NCBI GenBank assembly: GCA_015494735.1
Contig: WGAQ01000070.1
Span: 1-43,360 of the forward strand
DNA length: 43,360 nt
From: a candidate division WOR-3 bacterium
Lineage (GTDB): Bacteria; Hydrothermota; Hydrothermia; LBFQ01; DSFT01
Direction of reading: 5' to 3'
The position numbers and the translations under genes were made by a program. Positions 8,427-18,877 of this stretch are shown here, in pieces (positions within the stretch are counted from its first letter, which is position 1; the number at the start of each line of letters is the position of its first letter). The notes under the pieces are model-generated. The model ran no database searches. It was given only the letters and a program-made list of their open reading frames with translations, and had not been told where the DNA came from.

Positions 8427-10091
8427 TCAGGAATTCCCTGCATCCTCAACGGAGGGTTTCAGAGATTCGTATAAATCCGTGGACATTTCCACTTTCCTCC
8501 CGGAAACATCCCCCTCCACGATACCCTTTTCACGCAGGACGTGAAACAGAATCCCCTCCACATCCTTCTCCGAATACGCCACCATGATGTGCCTGAAGAC
8601 GCGATTGAGGGTCTCGCCATCCATCTTCTCTATCAATTCCACCGCATCCGGAATGTAGGCCGGTGGAACGGAAAAGACCCTTATACCCAGAGACAGAAGG
8701 GCAAGGAGCCCCATGTGGCTCGCAGCCAGGTCGCCGCAGACGGAATATCTCTCCTTCTGATACCTGAACTTATCGAAGGAATACCACACCAGGCGGAATA
8801 TGGCAGGATGGAAGCGATAATCGGACACCTTCCTGTCTATGGCCATGACGTACTGGCTCAAATCGTTGGTCCCCACGCTGAAGAAACTGGCGAATTTCTT
8901 AAAACGGTCCGCTATGAGTGCAGCCGCAGGTGTTTCTATCATTATGCCGAGAGGTATATCCGCCTTCAGGAGGCGCCGGACCTCCAGGACTTCCTCCACT
9001 GTGGAAACCATCGGTATGAGGACCCTTATATTCCCCCTGACACTCGCCCTGTTGATGGCTTCTATCTGGTCCTCCAGGAGTTTCCTGTTGTACTCCAGAA
9101 GATACCTGATTCCCCTCACGTGCGAGGGAATATCCATCCCGAGGGGAGCCTTCTCCCCTCCCAGGTCGAACAGTCTTATGGTCAGGACATTGGGATAAAC
9201 GGACTCCGAAAGTTTCCTGTAAACGTACTCCTGGTCATCGCGGGACACCACCCCCATGAGATAGAGGTATTCGGTCCGGAATAGGCCTACTCCCAGTCCT
9301 TTGAAGTCTTCCAGTTCCTCGGGTATGTCCACGTTGATTTGAAGGGTAACCTCCTCGCCATCCGCCATCCTCACCCTGCCCCCATTGGTCAGCAGATGGA
9401 TAGTCTTTTTCTCCTCATTCACCTGGATACGAAGGGGCCTGCGGGAAAATTCCACGAAACCCTCCATGGCATCCAGGTACGCATACCTGTACCTGCGGGC
9501 CTTCGAAACAGCATCCCTTACCCTTATCAGGGTGGGGATTCCCCTGGATTTCAGCATCAGGATGGGATGGGACGTGAGGGAGCCCCTTTCCAGAACCACC
9601 CCCGAAACCCCGTACTTTATGATTCGGAACACGTCCATTATGTTGAGCTCATATCCCACGACGATTCTTCCGGTGCTGTTCTCCAGTATCTCGCTGTGAT
9701 GCCCTTCGACGAAGTTCTCGAAATCCCTGAGCCATATCCTCAGTTCGAATCCAAGATTGCGGAACTTCTCGTGCTCCGAGCCGGATAGCTCATCTGCATA
9801 GTCCTCTATCACCCGTACGAAAGCCCGCAGTGCATTCTTTTCACCTTCGGAGATGAGGGATTCCACCTTTTCCCACAGCTGGGGGTCGTGGAGTATGGCT
9901 TCGTAAACCCTGTATATGCTCCCCGCCCCCACATCCACGGATATCTTTTTGAGGTATTCACTGTACTTTTCGACCTCCTGCCGAAGTTCGGGGAGGGTCA
10001 GCCGCTTCTTTCTCCTCTTCTTCCTCTTACCCAGAACCAGAATCTTTCCGGCCGCCCTGCCCTTAATCGCGGGCGTTCCTTTCAAAATCAT
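8427..10091 (-). CDS. ptsI: Phosphoenolpyruvate-protein phosphotransferase (PTS Enzyme I)
   Basis: 554 aa. Phospho-His region GSLTSHPILMLKSRGIP; PEP-utilising TIM-barrel motifs FFSVGTNDLSQYVMAIDR and CGDLAAS. ATGA overlap with the ptsH stop. Confidence 0.9.
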   Translation of the reverse strand: MILKGTPAIKGRAAGKILVLGKRKKRRKKRLTLPELRQEVEKYSEYLKKISVDVGAGSIYRVYEAILHDPQLWEKVESLISEGEKNALRAFVRVIEDYADELSGSEHEKFRNLGFELRIWLRDFENFVEGHHSEILENSTGRIVVGYELNIMDVFRIIKYGVSGVVLERGSLTSHPILMLKSRGIPTLIRVRDAVSKARRYRYAYLDAMEGFVEFSRRPLRIQVNEEKKTIHLLTNGGRVRMADGEEVTLQINVDIPEELEDFKGLGVGLFRTEYLYLMGVVSRDDQEYVYRKLSESVYPNVLTIRLFDLGGEKAPLGMDIPSHVRGIRYLLEYNRKLLEDQIEAINRASVRGNIRVLIPMVSTVEEVLEVRRLLKADIPLGIMIETPAAALIADRFKKFASFFSVGTNDLSQYVMAIDRKVSDYRFHPAIFRLVWYSFDKFRYQKERYSVCGDLAASHMGLLALLSLGIRVFSVPPAYIPDAVELIEKMDGETLNRVFRHIMVAYSEKDVEGILFHVLREKGIVEGDVSGRKVEMSTDLYESLKPSVEDAGNS

Positions 10092-10378
10092 TTATCTCCG
10101 AGTTCTTCCACCAGTTCCTCTCCGAAACCGGACTCTATGAGGCTCACTATGGCTTCAACAGCCTGGTCCTCGTCGGGGCCTTCCGCTATTATGGTGAGTT
10201 CCGTCCCCGGAGGAGCGACCAGTACGAGCAGGTCCAGTATGCTGTTGGCCTCCACCCTGTTTCCGTCCTTCTCTATGAAGATATCGCTTTCATATTTCCC
10301 GGCTGTTTCCACTATCTGCATGGCGGGGCGGGCATGGAGCCCCAGCTTGTTGACGATTCGCACCTTCTTCACCTTCAT
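10088..10378 (-). CDS. ptsH: Phosphocarrier protein HPr
   Basis: 96 aa. His15 sits in KLGLHARPA and Ser46 in EANSILDLL. The start codon shares one nt with the DUF503 stop. Confidence 0.9.
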   Translation of the reverse strand: MKVKKVRIVNKLGLHARPAMQIVETAGKYESDIFIEKDGNRVEANSILDLLVLVAPPGTELTIIAEGPDEDQAVEAIVSLIESGFGEELVEELGDK

Positions 10379-10659
10379 CAGCAGAACCTCAGTTTATGGG
10401 AAACCACCTCGAATCTCCTGTCCTCCTCGATGAATTTGAGAATTTCCATCATGTACTTATTGGCAAAGGATGCGTTGTTGCTCACAAGGGCTATGGCCAG
10501 TCTGGAGCGCTGCCACAGGTCCTGATAATCCACTTCGGCTATGGAAACATCGAATCTGCTCAGAACCCTGTCCTTTATGCTGCGGAGTATATGCCTCTTC
10601 TCCTTTAGGGAGGAGTTGAAGGGCATGTGGATATCCACTTCCAGCACGGCCACTATCAT
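10378..10659 (-). CDS. DUF503 (YlxP-like) protein
   Basis: Track ORF trimmed to ATG 10659 ([32 protein letters not shown]...). ATGA overlap with the infB stop. The post-infB position is the same as ylxP-type genes in other bacteria. Confidence 0.75.
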   Translation of the reverse strand: MIVAVLEVDIHMPFNSSLKEKRHILRSIKDRVLSRFDVSIAEVDYQDLWQRSRLAIALVSNNASFANKYMMEILKFIEEDRRFEVVSHKLRFC

Positions 10660-12800
10660 AGTTCGGGTTTGACTTCCACCAGTCTGTAAGCCTCTATGAT
10701 ATCTCCCACCTTGACGTCGTTGAACTTCTCCAGTTTGATTCCGCATTCCATCCCGGCCTTGACTTCGGAAACGTCATCCTGGAAGTGCTTCAGGGATTCG
10801 ATTTTACCCTCGTAAACCACCTGCCCATCGCGAATCACCTTCACCCTGTCGGCATTCCTGGGAATGACCCCTTCTATGACATAACTTCCGGCCACCCTTC
10901 CACCCTTCACCTTGAATACCGCCTTCACTTCGGCCTTACCGATGAGCTCCTCTCTGTATTCGGGCTCGATGAGTCCGCGGAGCATGTTCTCTATGTCTTC
11001 CTTCAGGTGGTATATGATGGAATGGAATTTCATGGGAACGCTGGCACTCTGTGCGTAATCCCGGGCCTTCTTGTCCGCCTTCACCGCAAACCCGATGACC
11101 ACTCCCTCGGAGGCCTCCGCCAGCATCACATCGCTCTCCGTAATATTTCCGACACCGGAGTGAATCACCACCGGACGGACCTTGGTGCTCTTTATCTTGG
11201 ATATCATGTCCTCTATGGCTTCCAGAACTCCGTGGTTGTCAGCCTTGATTACCAGAGGCAATTCCTTTATTTCCCCTTCCTGAATCTTCTTCATTATGCG
11301 CTGAGCCAGAGACATCTTCTGTCCGCGGGCCAGTTGCTCTTTCAACTGTGATTTCCTTTCGTCGGTAATCTCGCGGGCGGTGCGCAGGTCCTTCACGACC
11401 TCGAACCTGTCTCCGGGTCTGGGCAACTCCTCGAAATTCTGGACCAGTACCGGGTCTCCGGGAAGAGCCTCCTTCACCCTGTCCTCCCGGTCGTTGTACA
11501 TGGCCTTCACCTTACCGTAGGTGAGACCGGCCACCACTATATCTCCCACCCTCAGGGTTCCTCTCTGAACGATAACGGTGGCGAGGTTGCCCCTGCCCTT
11601 ATCCTTGAAACTCTCCAGTATGACCCCCTTTGCGGAGCCTCTGGTGGTGGTTCTGCGGTCTATTTCCTCCGCCACCAGCAGTATGGCATCCAGAAGGTCA
11701 TCCACCCCCATGCCTGTCTTGGCGGATATGGGAACGAAGATGGTGTCACCACCCCAGTCATCCGGAATGAGACCATGCTCGGACAGCTGGCGCTTCACCT
11801 TCTCCGGGTCCGCATCGGGAAGGTCCATCTTATTCATCGCCACTATAATCTTCACACCGGCAGCCTTCGCGTGATTCAGAGCCTCGATGGTCTGCTCTTT
11901 AACTCCCTCCCGGGCATCCACCACCAGAATGACGATGTCCGTCACCTGGGCACCCCGGGCCCTCATTGCCGTGAAGGCTTCGTGTCCCGGAGTATCGATG
12001 AAGGTTATCTTCTTTCCACCGAATTCCACCTGATAGGCACCTATGCGCTGCGTAATCTTACCCTCTTCCTTCTCCGCAATATTGGACTTCCTTATGTAGT
12101 CTATGAGTGTGGTCTTTCCATGGTCCACGTGTCCCATAACGGTGACGATGGGCGGCCTCTCGTAGTCCAGTTCCTCTTCCGTCTCCTCCTTCACCTCTTC
12201 CTGGACCACGTCCTCTTCGATTCTCAACTCGTATCCGAAGTTCTCCGCTATCAGTTCTATCATATCCATGGGAAGGGTCTGGTTGATGGTGGCGATATAT
12301 CCGATGGAGAGCAGTTCCTTTATAATGTCGGCAGGCTCTATCCCCATTATAGTGGCCAGTTCCTTGACGGATACGGGACCCGGAATACGGATAATCTTCT
12401 CCTCCGGCTCCTTCGAGACCTGCTGCTTCTTCTCCTTTTTCCTGGGCTTGGTTCTGGGCTTCTGCTTTATCTGCCTCTCCCTCTCCTTCTGACGGTCCTC
12501 TTTTCTCTCCTTATCGGGCTTCTTCTTGAATCTCCTGGGCTTCTTCTGCTGCGAAGCGCTTATGCTCTCGTAAATCTTCTTCTTCTGCTCGAATTCCTTC
12601 TTGGATTCTTCCTTGACCAGATTCAACTTCTTCCTTACGGTTTGCTCCATCTCCCTGTTGACCTTATTGAAGGGAGACTTAACATCGTACCCCTCGTTCT
12701 GGAGAATCTCTATTATGGTCTTGGCAGAGATTCCCAGCTCCTTGGCCAGTTCCCTTATCTGAACCGGACCTTTCTTCTTCTTTCCTGTTCCACTTGCCAT
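10656..12800 (-). CDS. infB: Translation initiation factor IF-2
   Basis: 714 aa. Lys/Glu-rich N-terminal region; G domain [22 protein letters not shown]; C-terminal beta-barrel domains. A GGGGGA SD-like site lies 5 nt upstream of the ATG. Confidence 0.97.
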   Translation of the reverse strand: MASGTGKKKKGPVQIRELAKELGISAKTIIEILQNEGYDVKSPFNKVNREMEQTVRKKLNLVKEESKKEFEQKKKIYESISASQQKKPRRFKKKPDKERKEDRQKERERQIKQKPRTKPRKKEKKQQVSKEPEEKIIRIPGPVSVKELATIMGIEPADIIKELLSIGYIATINQTLPMDMIELIAENFGYELRIEEDVVQEEVKEETEEELDYERPPIVTVMGHVDHGKTTLIDYIRKSNIAEKEEGKITQRIGAYQVEFGGKKITFIDTPGHEAFTAMRARGAQVTDIVILVVDAREGVKEQTIEALNHAKAAGVKIIVAMNKMDLPDADPEKVKRQLSEHGLIPDDWGGDTIFVPISAKTGMGVDDLLDAILLVAEEIDRRTTTRGSAKGVILESFKDKGRGNLATVIVQRGTLRVGDIVVAGLTYGKVKAMYNDREDRVKEALPGDPVLVQNFEELPRPGDRFEVVKDLRTAREITDERKSQLKEQLARGQKMSLAQRIMKKIQEGEIKELPLVIKADNHGVLEAIEDMISKIKSTKVRPVVIHSGVGNITESDVMLAEASEGVVIGFAVKADKKARDYAQSASVPMKFHSIIYHLKEDIENMLRGLIEPEYREELIGKAEVKAVFKVKGGRVAGSYVIEGVIPRNADRVKVIRDGQVVYEGKIESLKHFQDDVSEVKAGMECGIKLEKFNDVKVGDIIEAYRLVEVKPEL

Positions 12801-12819
12801 AAAAATCCCCCTGTGGATA

Positions 12820-14073
12820 CTATGTCTGGGCTGGTTCCTCTTCCTCCAGCTTCTCCTCTATGAATTCGATGAGTTTCAGCGCCGTCTTCTCATCGAGTCC
12901 TGCCTTATAAAGGGATGCCAGAGTGGGAACCTCGTTGAAAGAGAAGTACCCCGACCGCCGCAGGTATTCCACGACTGACGAGGGAAAACTCCTCGAAATG
13001 TCTATCAGAGTGACCACACCCCTCGGCTTCCTGTACTCCTTGAAGGGCACTATGGTTATATCCTTTCCCACCAGCTTGGAAGCCAGGATGACGTTGGAGC
13101 CCTCGGCCCCCTTTGCCTCCTTTATGTGCTCTTCATCCACAACCGCGTATATTCTGTCATCGAGCATGTACGCAGTGATGACGGGAGCGGGCTGAAGTGC
13201 ATTTATGGCGAATCTGATGATGTCCGGGTCCCACCTCACTATGTCCACCTTCTCGTTGTGAAGTTCCTTCTGAAGTCCCGTCATCTTTACACCCCTGGTG
13301 CCCACTATGGCGGCCACGGGGTCGATGCTGGAAATCTTGGAGTAAACTGCCACCTTCGCCCGCTTTCCGGGTATCCTGGCCACCTGCTTTATCTCTATGG
13401 TGCCATCCTGTATATCGGGGATTTCCAGTTCCAGAAGCCTCCTGAGGAAATCCGGATGGGTCCTGGAGAGTATCACGTAGTAGCGGACGTTATCGGTCCC
13501 TATGATGACAGCCTTTTTAGGATCACCCTGTCTGAACTTCTCCAGCTCACCCGGTATGAGTTCCGATGCCGGAATTATTCCCTCCGTGGTTATATCCTCC
13601 ATTCCCGGAATCTCGATGGAGAGAAATACGCTGCCGGTACGCCTGTTTATCCTCTGGACCTTGCCGCGAACCAGTTCCCCTATCCTGTGCTCGAAGTCCT
13701 TTATGAGTATCTTCCTCTCTATATTCCGTATATCGTTGACGAATCTGTTCTGAATCCTGTATATGACCGCCCTGGGCAGGTCCCTGCTGTCTATGGTTAT
13801 CTTGACCTCCGACCCCTCTATGGCCTCCGGGTCATAGGTCTTCGCCTCCTCGATACCTATCTCATTGGCGGGATTCTTAACGTTCTTCACAACCTTCTTG
13901 CTTATGGTTACCTTTATGGAATCCTCACCCACGGACACTTCCGCGTCGGTCTTATAGTAGGCTTTGACGGCATCCTCTATGACTTTCTTCAGAACTTCGA
14001 TTATATCGTTCCTGTTCAAATTCCTGGTCCTGACGAGGTAATCCACCATTGCATTAAATTCTCTTATATCCAT
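12820..14073 (-). CDS. nusA: Transcription termination/antitermination factor NusA
   Basis: 417 aa. Typical NusA N-terminus (MDIREFNAMVDYLVRTRNLNRNDIIEVLKKVIEDAVKAYY), an S1-like segment, and KH segments (GTRGVKMTGLQKEL, GAEGSNVILASKLVG). A GAGGTG SD lies 7 nt upstream. Confidence 0.95.
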   Translation of the reverse strand: MDIREFNAMVDYLVRTRNLNRNDIIEVLKKVIEDAVKAYYKTDAEVSVGEDSIKVTISKKVVKNVKNPANEIGIEEAKTYDPEAIEGSEVKITIDSRDLPRAVIYRIQNRFVNDIRNIERKILIKDFEHRIGELVRGKVQRINRRTGSVFLSIEIPGMEDITTEGIIPASELIPGELEKFRQGDPKKAVIIGTDNVRYYVILSRTHPDFLRRLLELEIPDIQDGTIEIKQVARIPGKRAKVAVYSKISSIDPVAAIVGTRGVKMTGLQKELHNEKVDIVRWDPDIIRFAINALQPAPVITAYMLDDRIYAVVDEEHIKEAKGAEGSNVILASKLVGKDITIVPFKEYRKPRGVVTLIDISRSFPSSVVEYLRRSGYFSFNEVPTLASLYKAGLDEKTALKLIEFIEEKLEEEEPAQT

Positions 14074-14077
14074 GCTC

Positions 14078-14527
14078 TCACACCTCGTTTAATCTCAGTT
14101 TTCTTATCCTGCTTCTCTCCACTTCCCTGCCACCAATATGGAGTCGGTCTTCTTCCACCTTCTCGAGTCTCCCCTGAATGTCTCTTCCGTCGTCCATGTG
14201 GGCAACCACCTTCTTACCCACAGCCCACCTTATTTCCCTCTCCTTCTTCAACTCCCTGTCGAGGCCCGGAGAGGAGACCTCCAGCGTATACCTCTCCTTT
14301 ATCGGGTCCTCCACATCCAGCATTATGGAAATCTCATTGGAGAGAGCTACGATTTCCTTCAGAGTAATGTGCCCCTTCCCTTTAGGCCTGTCCACGAATA
14401 TACGCAGATAGGATTCCCTTCCCCCGCTCTTGAATTCTATATCCACCAGCTCATAACCCATCCGCTTTATGATGGGCTCCGCCAGTTCCTCGATTTTCTT
14501 CTCGATGGCCTTCTCTCTCTCCTCCAT
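14078..14527 (-). CDS. rimP: Ribosome maturation factor RimP
   Basis: 149 aa. ...YELVDIEFKSGGRESYLRIFVDRP...YTLEVSSPGLDRELKK is the RimP signature. The gene lies immediately upstream of nusA (4-nt gap). Confidence 0.9.
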   Translation of the reverse strand: MEEREKAIEKKIEELAEPIIKRMGYELVDIEFKSGGRESYLRIFVDRPKGKGHITLKEIVALSNEISIMLDVEDPIKERYTLEVSSPGLDRELKKEREIRWAVGKKVVAHMDDGRDIQGRLEKVEEDRLHIGGREVERSRIRKLRLNEV

Positions 14528-14541
14528 AATTAAGGTTGAAA

Positions 14542-14547
14542 ATTATA
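14542..14547 (-). promoter_or_regulatory. Consensus -10 box TATAAT upstream of rimP-nusA-infB operon
   Basis: Minus strand reads gtgTATAATtttcaaccttaattATG. The box is 14 nt from the rimP ATG (short leader, no SD). Confidence 0.45.
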
Positions 14548-14587
14548 CACTACGGCCAAAACGCTGAAACACGTAAATTTAAGGGAT

Positions 14588-15649
14588 TCAGAGAGAAGAG
14601 ACTAAATCCTCAGCCACCCTGTCAACGGGATTCCCCTCACCCAGAAGGCTCTTCAGGCGGGAGATTTCCCGCACCACATCGTCCCTCTTCTCCATTATGC
14701 GTGCCACGGTCCGCGCCACCTTTTCGGGACGGATATGCTGTATGAATTCGGGAAAGACCTCTCTGCCCAGAATCAGATTCGTGAGGCTCGCCCACCTGAC
14801 CCGTGCAAACATGCGGGCAAGAATCCACGTGCTCTCCGACATGACGTAGAGGACCACGGCGGGAGTTCCCAGAATGGCAGCCTCCAGACTGGCCGTACCG
14901 GATGCCACTATCACCACATCGGAGCCCTTCATGATTTCCAGCGACTTTCCACGCAAAATCCTCATATTCTCCGATTCGGGTATCCGGAAGGATTCGTCGA
15001 GGAGGGACACGTAGAAGAATGCATCCGGATAAATCCTCTCCAGATGCTCCTTTATCCTCATCATGCGGGGAATAAGGCGCCTTATCTCGTGTTTTCTCGA
15101 GCCGGGCAGGAGTCCGATGGTGGGATTCCCCCTCCTCTCCACTCCCTCAATATCCCTTCCATAGAGAGAAGCAAGGGGATGTCCGAAGTACTTTACCTCC
15201 ACCCCCAGTTTCCTGAAGAAATCGGGCTCGAAGGGCAGTACGGAGTAAAGGCCCTCCATCTTCCGGAGGGGGGAAATCCGAAACCTGCCCCACGCCCACA
15301 ATTGCGGCAGGATATAGTAGAAAACCCTCCTGCGGGCATGGAGTAGGCGGGAGGCAAGGAGGAGATGGTACCCCGGATAATCCACCAGAATTACGGCATC
15401 CGCCAGAAGGGCATGGTGATACATGTCCCGGAAGTCCCTCATGAGGTCCGGTATGTGGGTCAGTGCCTCCTGAACTCCCACGACGGAGGATTCCCCTATC
15501 CTCTTTATCAGATGGACACCGGAGGATTCCATGAGGGGACCCCCCATTCCGTAGAATTCTATGGATGAATCGATGTCCCTGATACTCCTGACCAGTTCCG
15601 ATGCCCTCAGATCACCGGAGGGCTCCCCAGCAGAGATGAATATCCTCAT
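14588..15649 (-). CDS. lpxB: Lipid-A-disaccharide synthase
   Basis: MRIFISAGEPSGDLRASELV... is the GT19 N-terminal motif, and similarity in pattern runs the full length. The start is set at ATG 15649. A TAAAAT box (15667-15672) lies 17 nt upstream. Confidence 0.9.
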   Translation of the reverse strand: MRIFISAGEPSGDLRASELVRSIRDIDSSIEFYGMGGPLMESSGVHLIKRIGESSVVGVQEALTHIPDLMRDFRDMYHHALLADAVILVDYPGYHLLLASRLLHARRRVFYYILPQLWAWGRFRISPLRKMEGLYSVLPFEPDFFRKLGVEVKYFGHPLASLYGRDIEGVERRGNPTIGLLPGSRKHEIRRLIPRMMRIKEHLERIYPDAFFYVSLLDESFRIPESENMRILRGKSLEIMKGSDVVIVASGTASLEAAILGTPAVVLYVMSESTWILARMFARVRWASLTNLILGREVFPEFIQHIRPEKVARTVARIMEKRDDVVREISRLKSLLGEGNPVDRVAEDLVSSL

Positions 15650-15665
15650 GCATCCAGTGTTCTGC

Positions 15666-15693
15666 AATTTTAAATGCCCCCGGAAACGGGGGC
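15666..15693 (-). terminator. Rho-independent terminator after fusA
   Basis: The minus strand reads TAA tttcccct GCCCCCG tttc CGGGGGC ATTTAAAATT. It has a 7-bp GC stem (15676-15682 / 15687-15693) and a T/A-rich tail that doubles as the lpxB -10 region. Confidence 0.65.
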
Positions 15694-15701
15694 AGGGGAA
15701 A

Positions 15702-17792
15702 TTACTTGCTCTTCGCCTGCTTCTTCCTCTCTTCGATAATCTTTTTCGCTATGTTGTCGGGAACCACGTCGTAGTGGTCGAACTGCATGGAATAATATCC
15801 GCGCCCCTGCGTGATGGACCTGAGGGCGGTGGCATACTGGAGCATCTCCGCCAGAGGTACCATGGCGGTAATCACCTTGGAGTTGCTCCTGTCCTCTATG
15901 GATACTATGTGGCCCCTCCTGGAGTTTATGTCCCCGATGACATCTCCCATGTACTCCTCTGGCGTGACCACTTCCACCTTCATTATGGGCTCCAGGAGTA
16001 CGGGCCTGGCTTTCTTCATGGCCTCCTTGAAGGCTATGCTTCCCGCTATCTGGAAAGCCATATCGGAGGAGTCCACCTCATGATAGGAGCCATCGAAGAG
16101 TTTCACCCTCACATCCACCACGGGATAGCCTGCCACCACACCCTTCTTCATCGCATCCCTGATACCCTTCTCCACGGAAGGGATGAATTCGCGGGGTATC
16201 TTTCCACCGGTGATGAGGTCCACGAATTCGAAGCCCTTGCCTCTGGGCAGGGGCTCCACCTCTATCCAGACGTGACCGTACTGTCCACGACCACCGGTCT
16301 GCTTGATGTACTTGCCTTCCTGCTTGACAGATGCAGTTATGGTCTCCCTGTATGCCACCTGGGGCTGTCCCACCTCCACGTTCACCTTATGCTCCCTGCG
16401 CATCCTGTCCACCATTATCTCCAGGTGGAGTTCTCCCATGCCCGCTATGATGGTCTCTCCGGTTTCCTCATCGGTATATGCCCTGAAGGAGGGGTCCTCC
16501 TCCATCAACTTCTGGAGGGCCTTCACCATCTTCTCCTTGTCATCCTTGGACTTCGGATGTATTGCCTGGGCGATTACGGGCTCGGGAACCTCAAGGGACT
16601 CCAGAACGATAGGGTGGTTCTCATCCGAGAGGGTATCTCCGGTAAGGGTCTGCTTCAGTCCCACCACTGCCCCTATATCTCCGGCCGTCAGTTCGTTTAT
16701 ATCCTCCTGCTTGTTGGCATGCATCCTCACTATCCTGGATATCCTCTCCTTGACCCCCCTCGTTGCATTGTACACGTATTCACCCTTCGTTATCTTGCCG
16801 GAATAAACCCTGACGTAAGTTACCTTTCCTATGTACTTATCGGTCATTATCTTGAAAGCCAGAGCAGTGAGGGGCATATTCTCGTCGGGCCTCCTCACCT
16901 CCTTCTCCCCCGTCACCGGATTTATACCCTCCACGGGAGGTCTGTCCACCGGAGATGGAAGGTAATCCACTATGGCATCCAGAAGGGGCTGAATGCCTTT
17001 GTTCTTAAATGCAGAGCCGGCCAGAACCGGCACCACCTCGAATGCAATGGTCGATTTCCTTATGGCCCTGCGCAGGTCCTCCTCCGTAATCTCCTCCTCC
17101 TCCAGATACTTGAGCATTATATCCTCGTTGAACTCCGCGAGGGTCTCTATCAACTTCTCCCGCCACTCCTGAGCAAGGTCCTGAAGGTCTTCGGGGATGT
17201 CTATGATTTCGTACTCCGCCCCCAGAGTCTCATCCTTCCAGACTATTCCCTTCATGGTGATGAGGTCCACCACCCCTCTGAAATCGGACTCCGCCCCTAT
17301 CGGAATCTGGATGGCCAGGGGGACAGCAGAGAGCCTCTGCTCCATCATCTTGATGACGTTGAAGAAGTTGGCCCCCACCTTGTCCATCTTATTGACGAAG
17401 GCGATACGGGGAACCCTGTACTTGTCAGCCTGACGCCATACGGTCTCGGACTGGGGCTCGACTCCAGCCTCCGCGTCGAATATTACGACAGCACCATCCA
17501 GAACTCTCAGTGCGCGCTCCACTTCTATGGTGAAGTCCACGTGGCCGGGAGTATCGATTATGTTAATCTGATGTCCCTTCCAGAAGCAGGTCGTGGATGC
17601 TGCGGTGATGGTGATTCCCCTCTCCCTCTCCTGCTCCATCCAGTCCATCTCCGCCTGACCCTCGTGCACCTCACCTATCTTGTGCTTCTTACCCGTATAA
17701 AACAGTATTCGCTCCGTTGTGGTCGTCTTACCCGCATCAATGTGCGCAATTATACCTATGTTCCTTAATTTCTCGATTGGCAACTTCGCCAC
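15702..17792 (-). CDS. fusA: Elongation factor G (stand-alone copy, not in an rpsL-rpsG-fusA-tuf context)
   Basis: [31 protein letters not shown], and EF-G domains II-V throughout. The start is reassigned from the track ATG 17873 to GTG 17792 ([14 protein letters not shown]), which is preceded by GGAGGTG (17798-17804) at 5 nt and TTTTTATAAAA further upstream. Confidence 0.95.
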   Translation of the reverse strand: MAKLPIEKLRNIGIIAHIDAGKTTTTERILFYTGKKHKIGEVHEGQAEMDWMEQERERGITITAASTTCFWKGHQINIIDTPGHVDFTIEVERALRVLDGAVVIFDAEAGVEPQSETVWRQADKYRVPRIAFVNKMDKVGANFFNVIKMMEQRLSAVPLAIQIPIGAESDFRGVVDLITMKGIVWKDETLGAEYEIIDIPEDLQDLAQEWREKLIETLAEFNEDIMLKYLEEEEITEEDLRRAIRKSTIAFEVVPVLAGSAFKNKGIQPLLDAIVDYLPSPVDRPPVEGINPVTGEKEVRRPDENMPLTALAFKIMTDKYIGKVTYVRVYSGKITKGEYVYNATRGVKERISRIVRMHANKQEDINELTAGDIGAVVGLKQTLTGDTLSDENHPIVLESLEVPEPVIAQAIHPKSKDDKEKMVKALQKLMEEDPSFRAYTDEETGETIIAGMGELHLEIMVDRMRREHKVNVEVGQPQVAYRETITASVKQEGKYIKQTGGRGQYGHVWIEVEPLPRGKGFEFVDLITGGKIPREFIPSVEKGIRDAMKKGVVAGYPVVDVRVKLFDGSYHEVDSSDMAFQIAGSIAFKEAMKKARPVLLEPIMKVEVVTPEEYMGDVIGDINSRRGHIVSIEDRSNSKVITAMVPLAEMLQYATALRSITQGRGYYSMQFDHYDVVPDNIAKKIIEERKKQAKSK

Positions 17793-18046
17793 GATTCCAC
17801 CTCCGGGTTTTATAAAAATTAGTCCGTAAAGTTTAAAGGAATCCATTTCGGAGAATTCGACAGAGTTTCCCAAATGGCGCAGGGATATCGAAAGCGAATG
17901 CCATTTGCAGGCTGACCATAACCACGGTCCGTTTTCCCTGCCGAAGTATGCTTCAAATCTTTTCTGCGAGTCATAGTTTTATGCTTGGCAAAATAAAACC
18001 TTATTGCCCTGTAATTTGTCCCATATAGTATAAAACCCTCTCGCTT

Positions 18047-18052
18047 TATAAT
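18047..18052 (+). promoter_or_regulatory. Consensus -10 box TATAAT, 6 nt upstream of ATG 18059
   Basis: ctttataatttacagATG. An in-frame TAG at 18026-18028 closes the frame upstream. No SD. Confidence 0.5.
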
Positions 18053-18058
18053 TTACAG

Positions 18059-18865
18059 ATGTTTATCTTCGTCATAATATCGCAGATAAACGACACGATT
18101 CTGAAGGTGCCCTACGTGGATGTGGAGGTGCAGAGCTTCGATGCCAGGGGAGTGGGCTCTCTTGCGGATGACTGCGTCAGGGAGGTGGTGGCGGAAAGCA
18201 GGACAGACGGATTCGTGTATCTGGTGGCGTACGACAACGAGGGAAATTCCGGGGATATCCTGAGGTTCCCGTACCGGGGGATGCTGGTGCAGGGATTTTC
18301 CAATCCGGAGAATACGGACCAGGACCTCGACTGTATTTACAGTTTCGATGTTTCCACCAGCGGGGACACTGTAATCCTGAAGGCGATTTACGACGGGACG
18401 AGCAGAAATGAACCAGACACCGCTGAGGTCTTCAGGGCCATCTACAAGGATATATGGGTAAACAGCGCTGGATTTCCCTCCCCCACGGGAGGATACTATG
18501 CCATAAGGGCTTTCGTTGCCGGCATAAATCCGGATGGTTATGCCTTCCTGCGCATAGATACCACTTTCAACGTGACTCCGGTGGATGACCCGGAGTCCGG
18601 CAGGGATGTGGCGGAAGCTGTGGATTTCTTCCTGAGAGTCCATCTAAGAATGGATGGATGGGTGAGGTTTTCCATAGGGGTGCCCTCCAGGGGGGATGTT
18701 TACCTCTCCGTGTTCGATGTGGCTGGCAGGAAGGTCTTTTCATACCGGGAGGAGCTGGATGGCCCCGGTGTCCTTTCCTTCACCAGAAGACTTCCCTCGG
18801 GTATCTATGTGGCCAGACTATACTGGAATGGGAAGCAAAAGTCCATAAGGTTCGTGAGTTTTTGA
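18059..18865 (+). CDS. Secreted/surface protein candidate with Por (T9SS)-type C-terminal sorting domain; N-terminal region unknown
   Basis: The last ~60 aa (GDVYLSVFDVAGRKVFSYREELDGPGVLSFTRRLPSGIYVARLYWNGKQKSIRFVSF) follow the T9SS type-A CTD / FlgD-Ig-like tail pattern. The N-terminus MFIFVIISQIND is hydrophobic but has no charged n-region. Confidence 0.6.
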   Translation: MFIFVIISQINDTILKVPYVDVEVQSFDARGVGSLADDCVREVVAESRTDGFVYLVAYDNEGNSGDILRFPYRGMLVQGFSNPENTDQDLDCIYSFDVSTSGDTVILKAIYDGTSRNEPDTAEVFRAIYKDIWVNSAGFPSPTGGYYAIRAFVAGINPDGYAFLRIDTTFNVTPVDDPESGRDVAEAVDFFLRVHLRMDGWVRFSIGVPSRGDVYLSVFDVAGRKVFSYREELDGPGVLSFTRRLPSGIYVARLYWNGKQKSIRFVSF

Positions 18866-18877
18866 AAGGAGGTGGTT

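Noticed and set aside
9743-9752. GTTCGAATCC T-loop-like decamer suggesting a tRNA
   Set aside because: It lies inside the ptsI reading frame, and the surrounding sequence has no acceptor, D or anticodon stem complementarity.
11775-14367. 362-aa and 413-aa plus-strand ORFs antisense to infB and nusA. Similar cases are 300..1097, 3843..4724, 5873..6652, 32750..33517, 35770..36492 and 22855..23484
   Set aside because: These are the same antisense-frame artefact. Each overlaps a gene with strong family motifs on the other strand, and none has a recognisable domain, SD or -10 box.
15561-17768. 735-aa plus-strand ORF spanning almost all of fusA in antisense
   Set aside because: The product is Leu/His/Gly/Pro-rich low-complexity sequence with no motifs. 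The opposite strand encodes an unmistakable EF-G. A long open antisense frame is the expected by-product of fusA avoiding the TTA/CTA/TCA codons.
15702-17873. fusA start at track ATG 17873
   Set aside because: That start adds 27 non-conserved residues. GTG 17792 is preceded by a perfect GGAGGTG at 5 nt and restores the canonical EF-G N-terminus.
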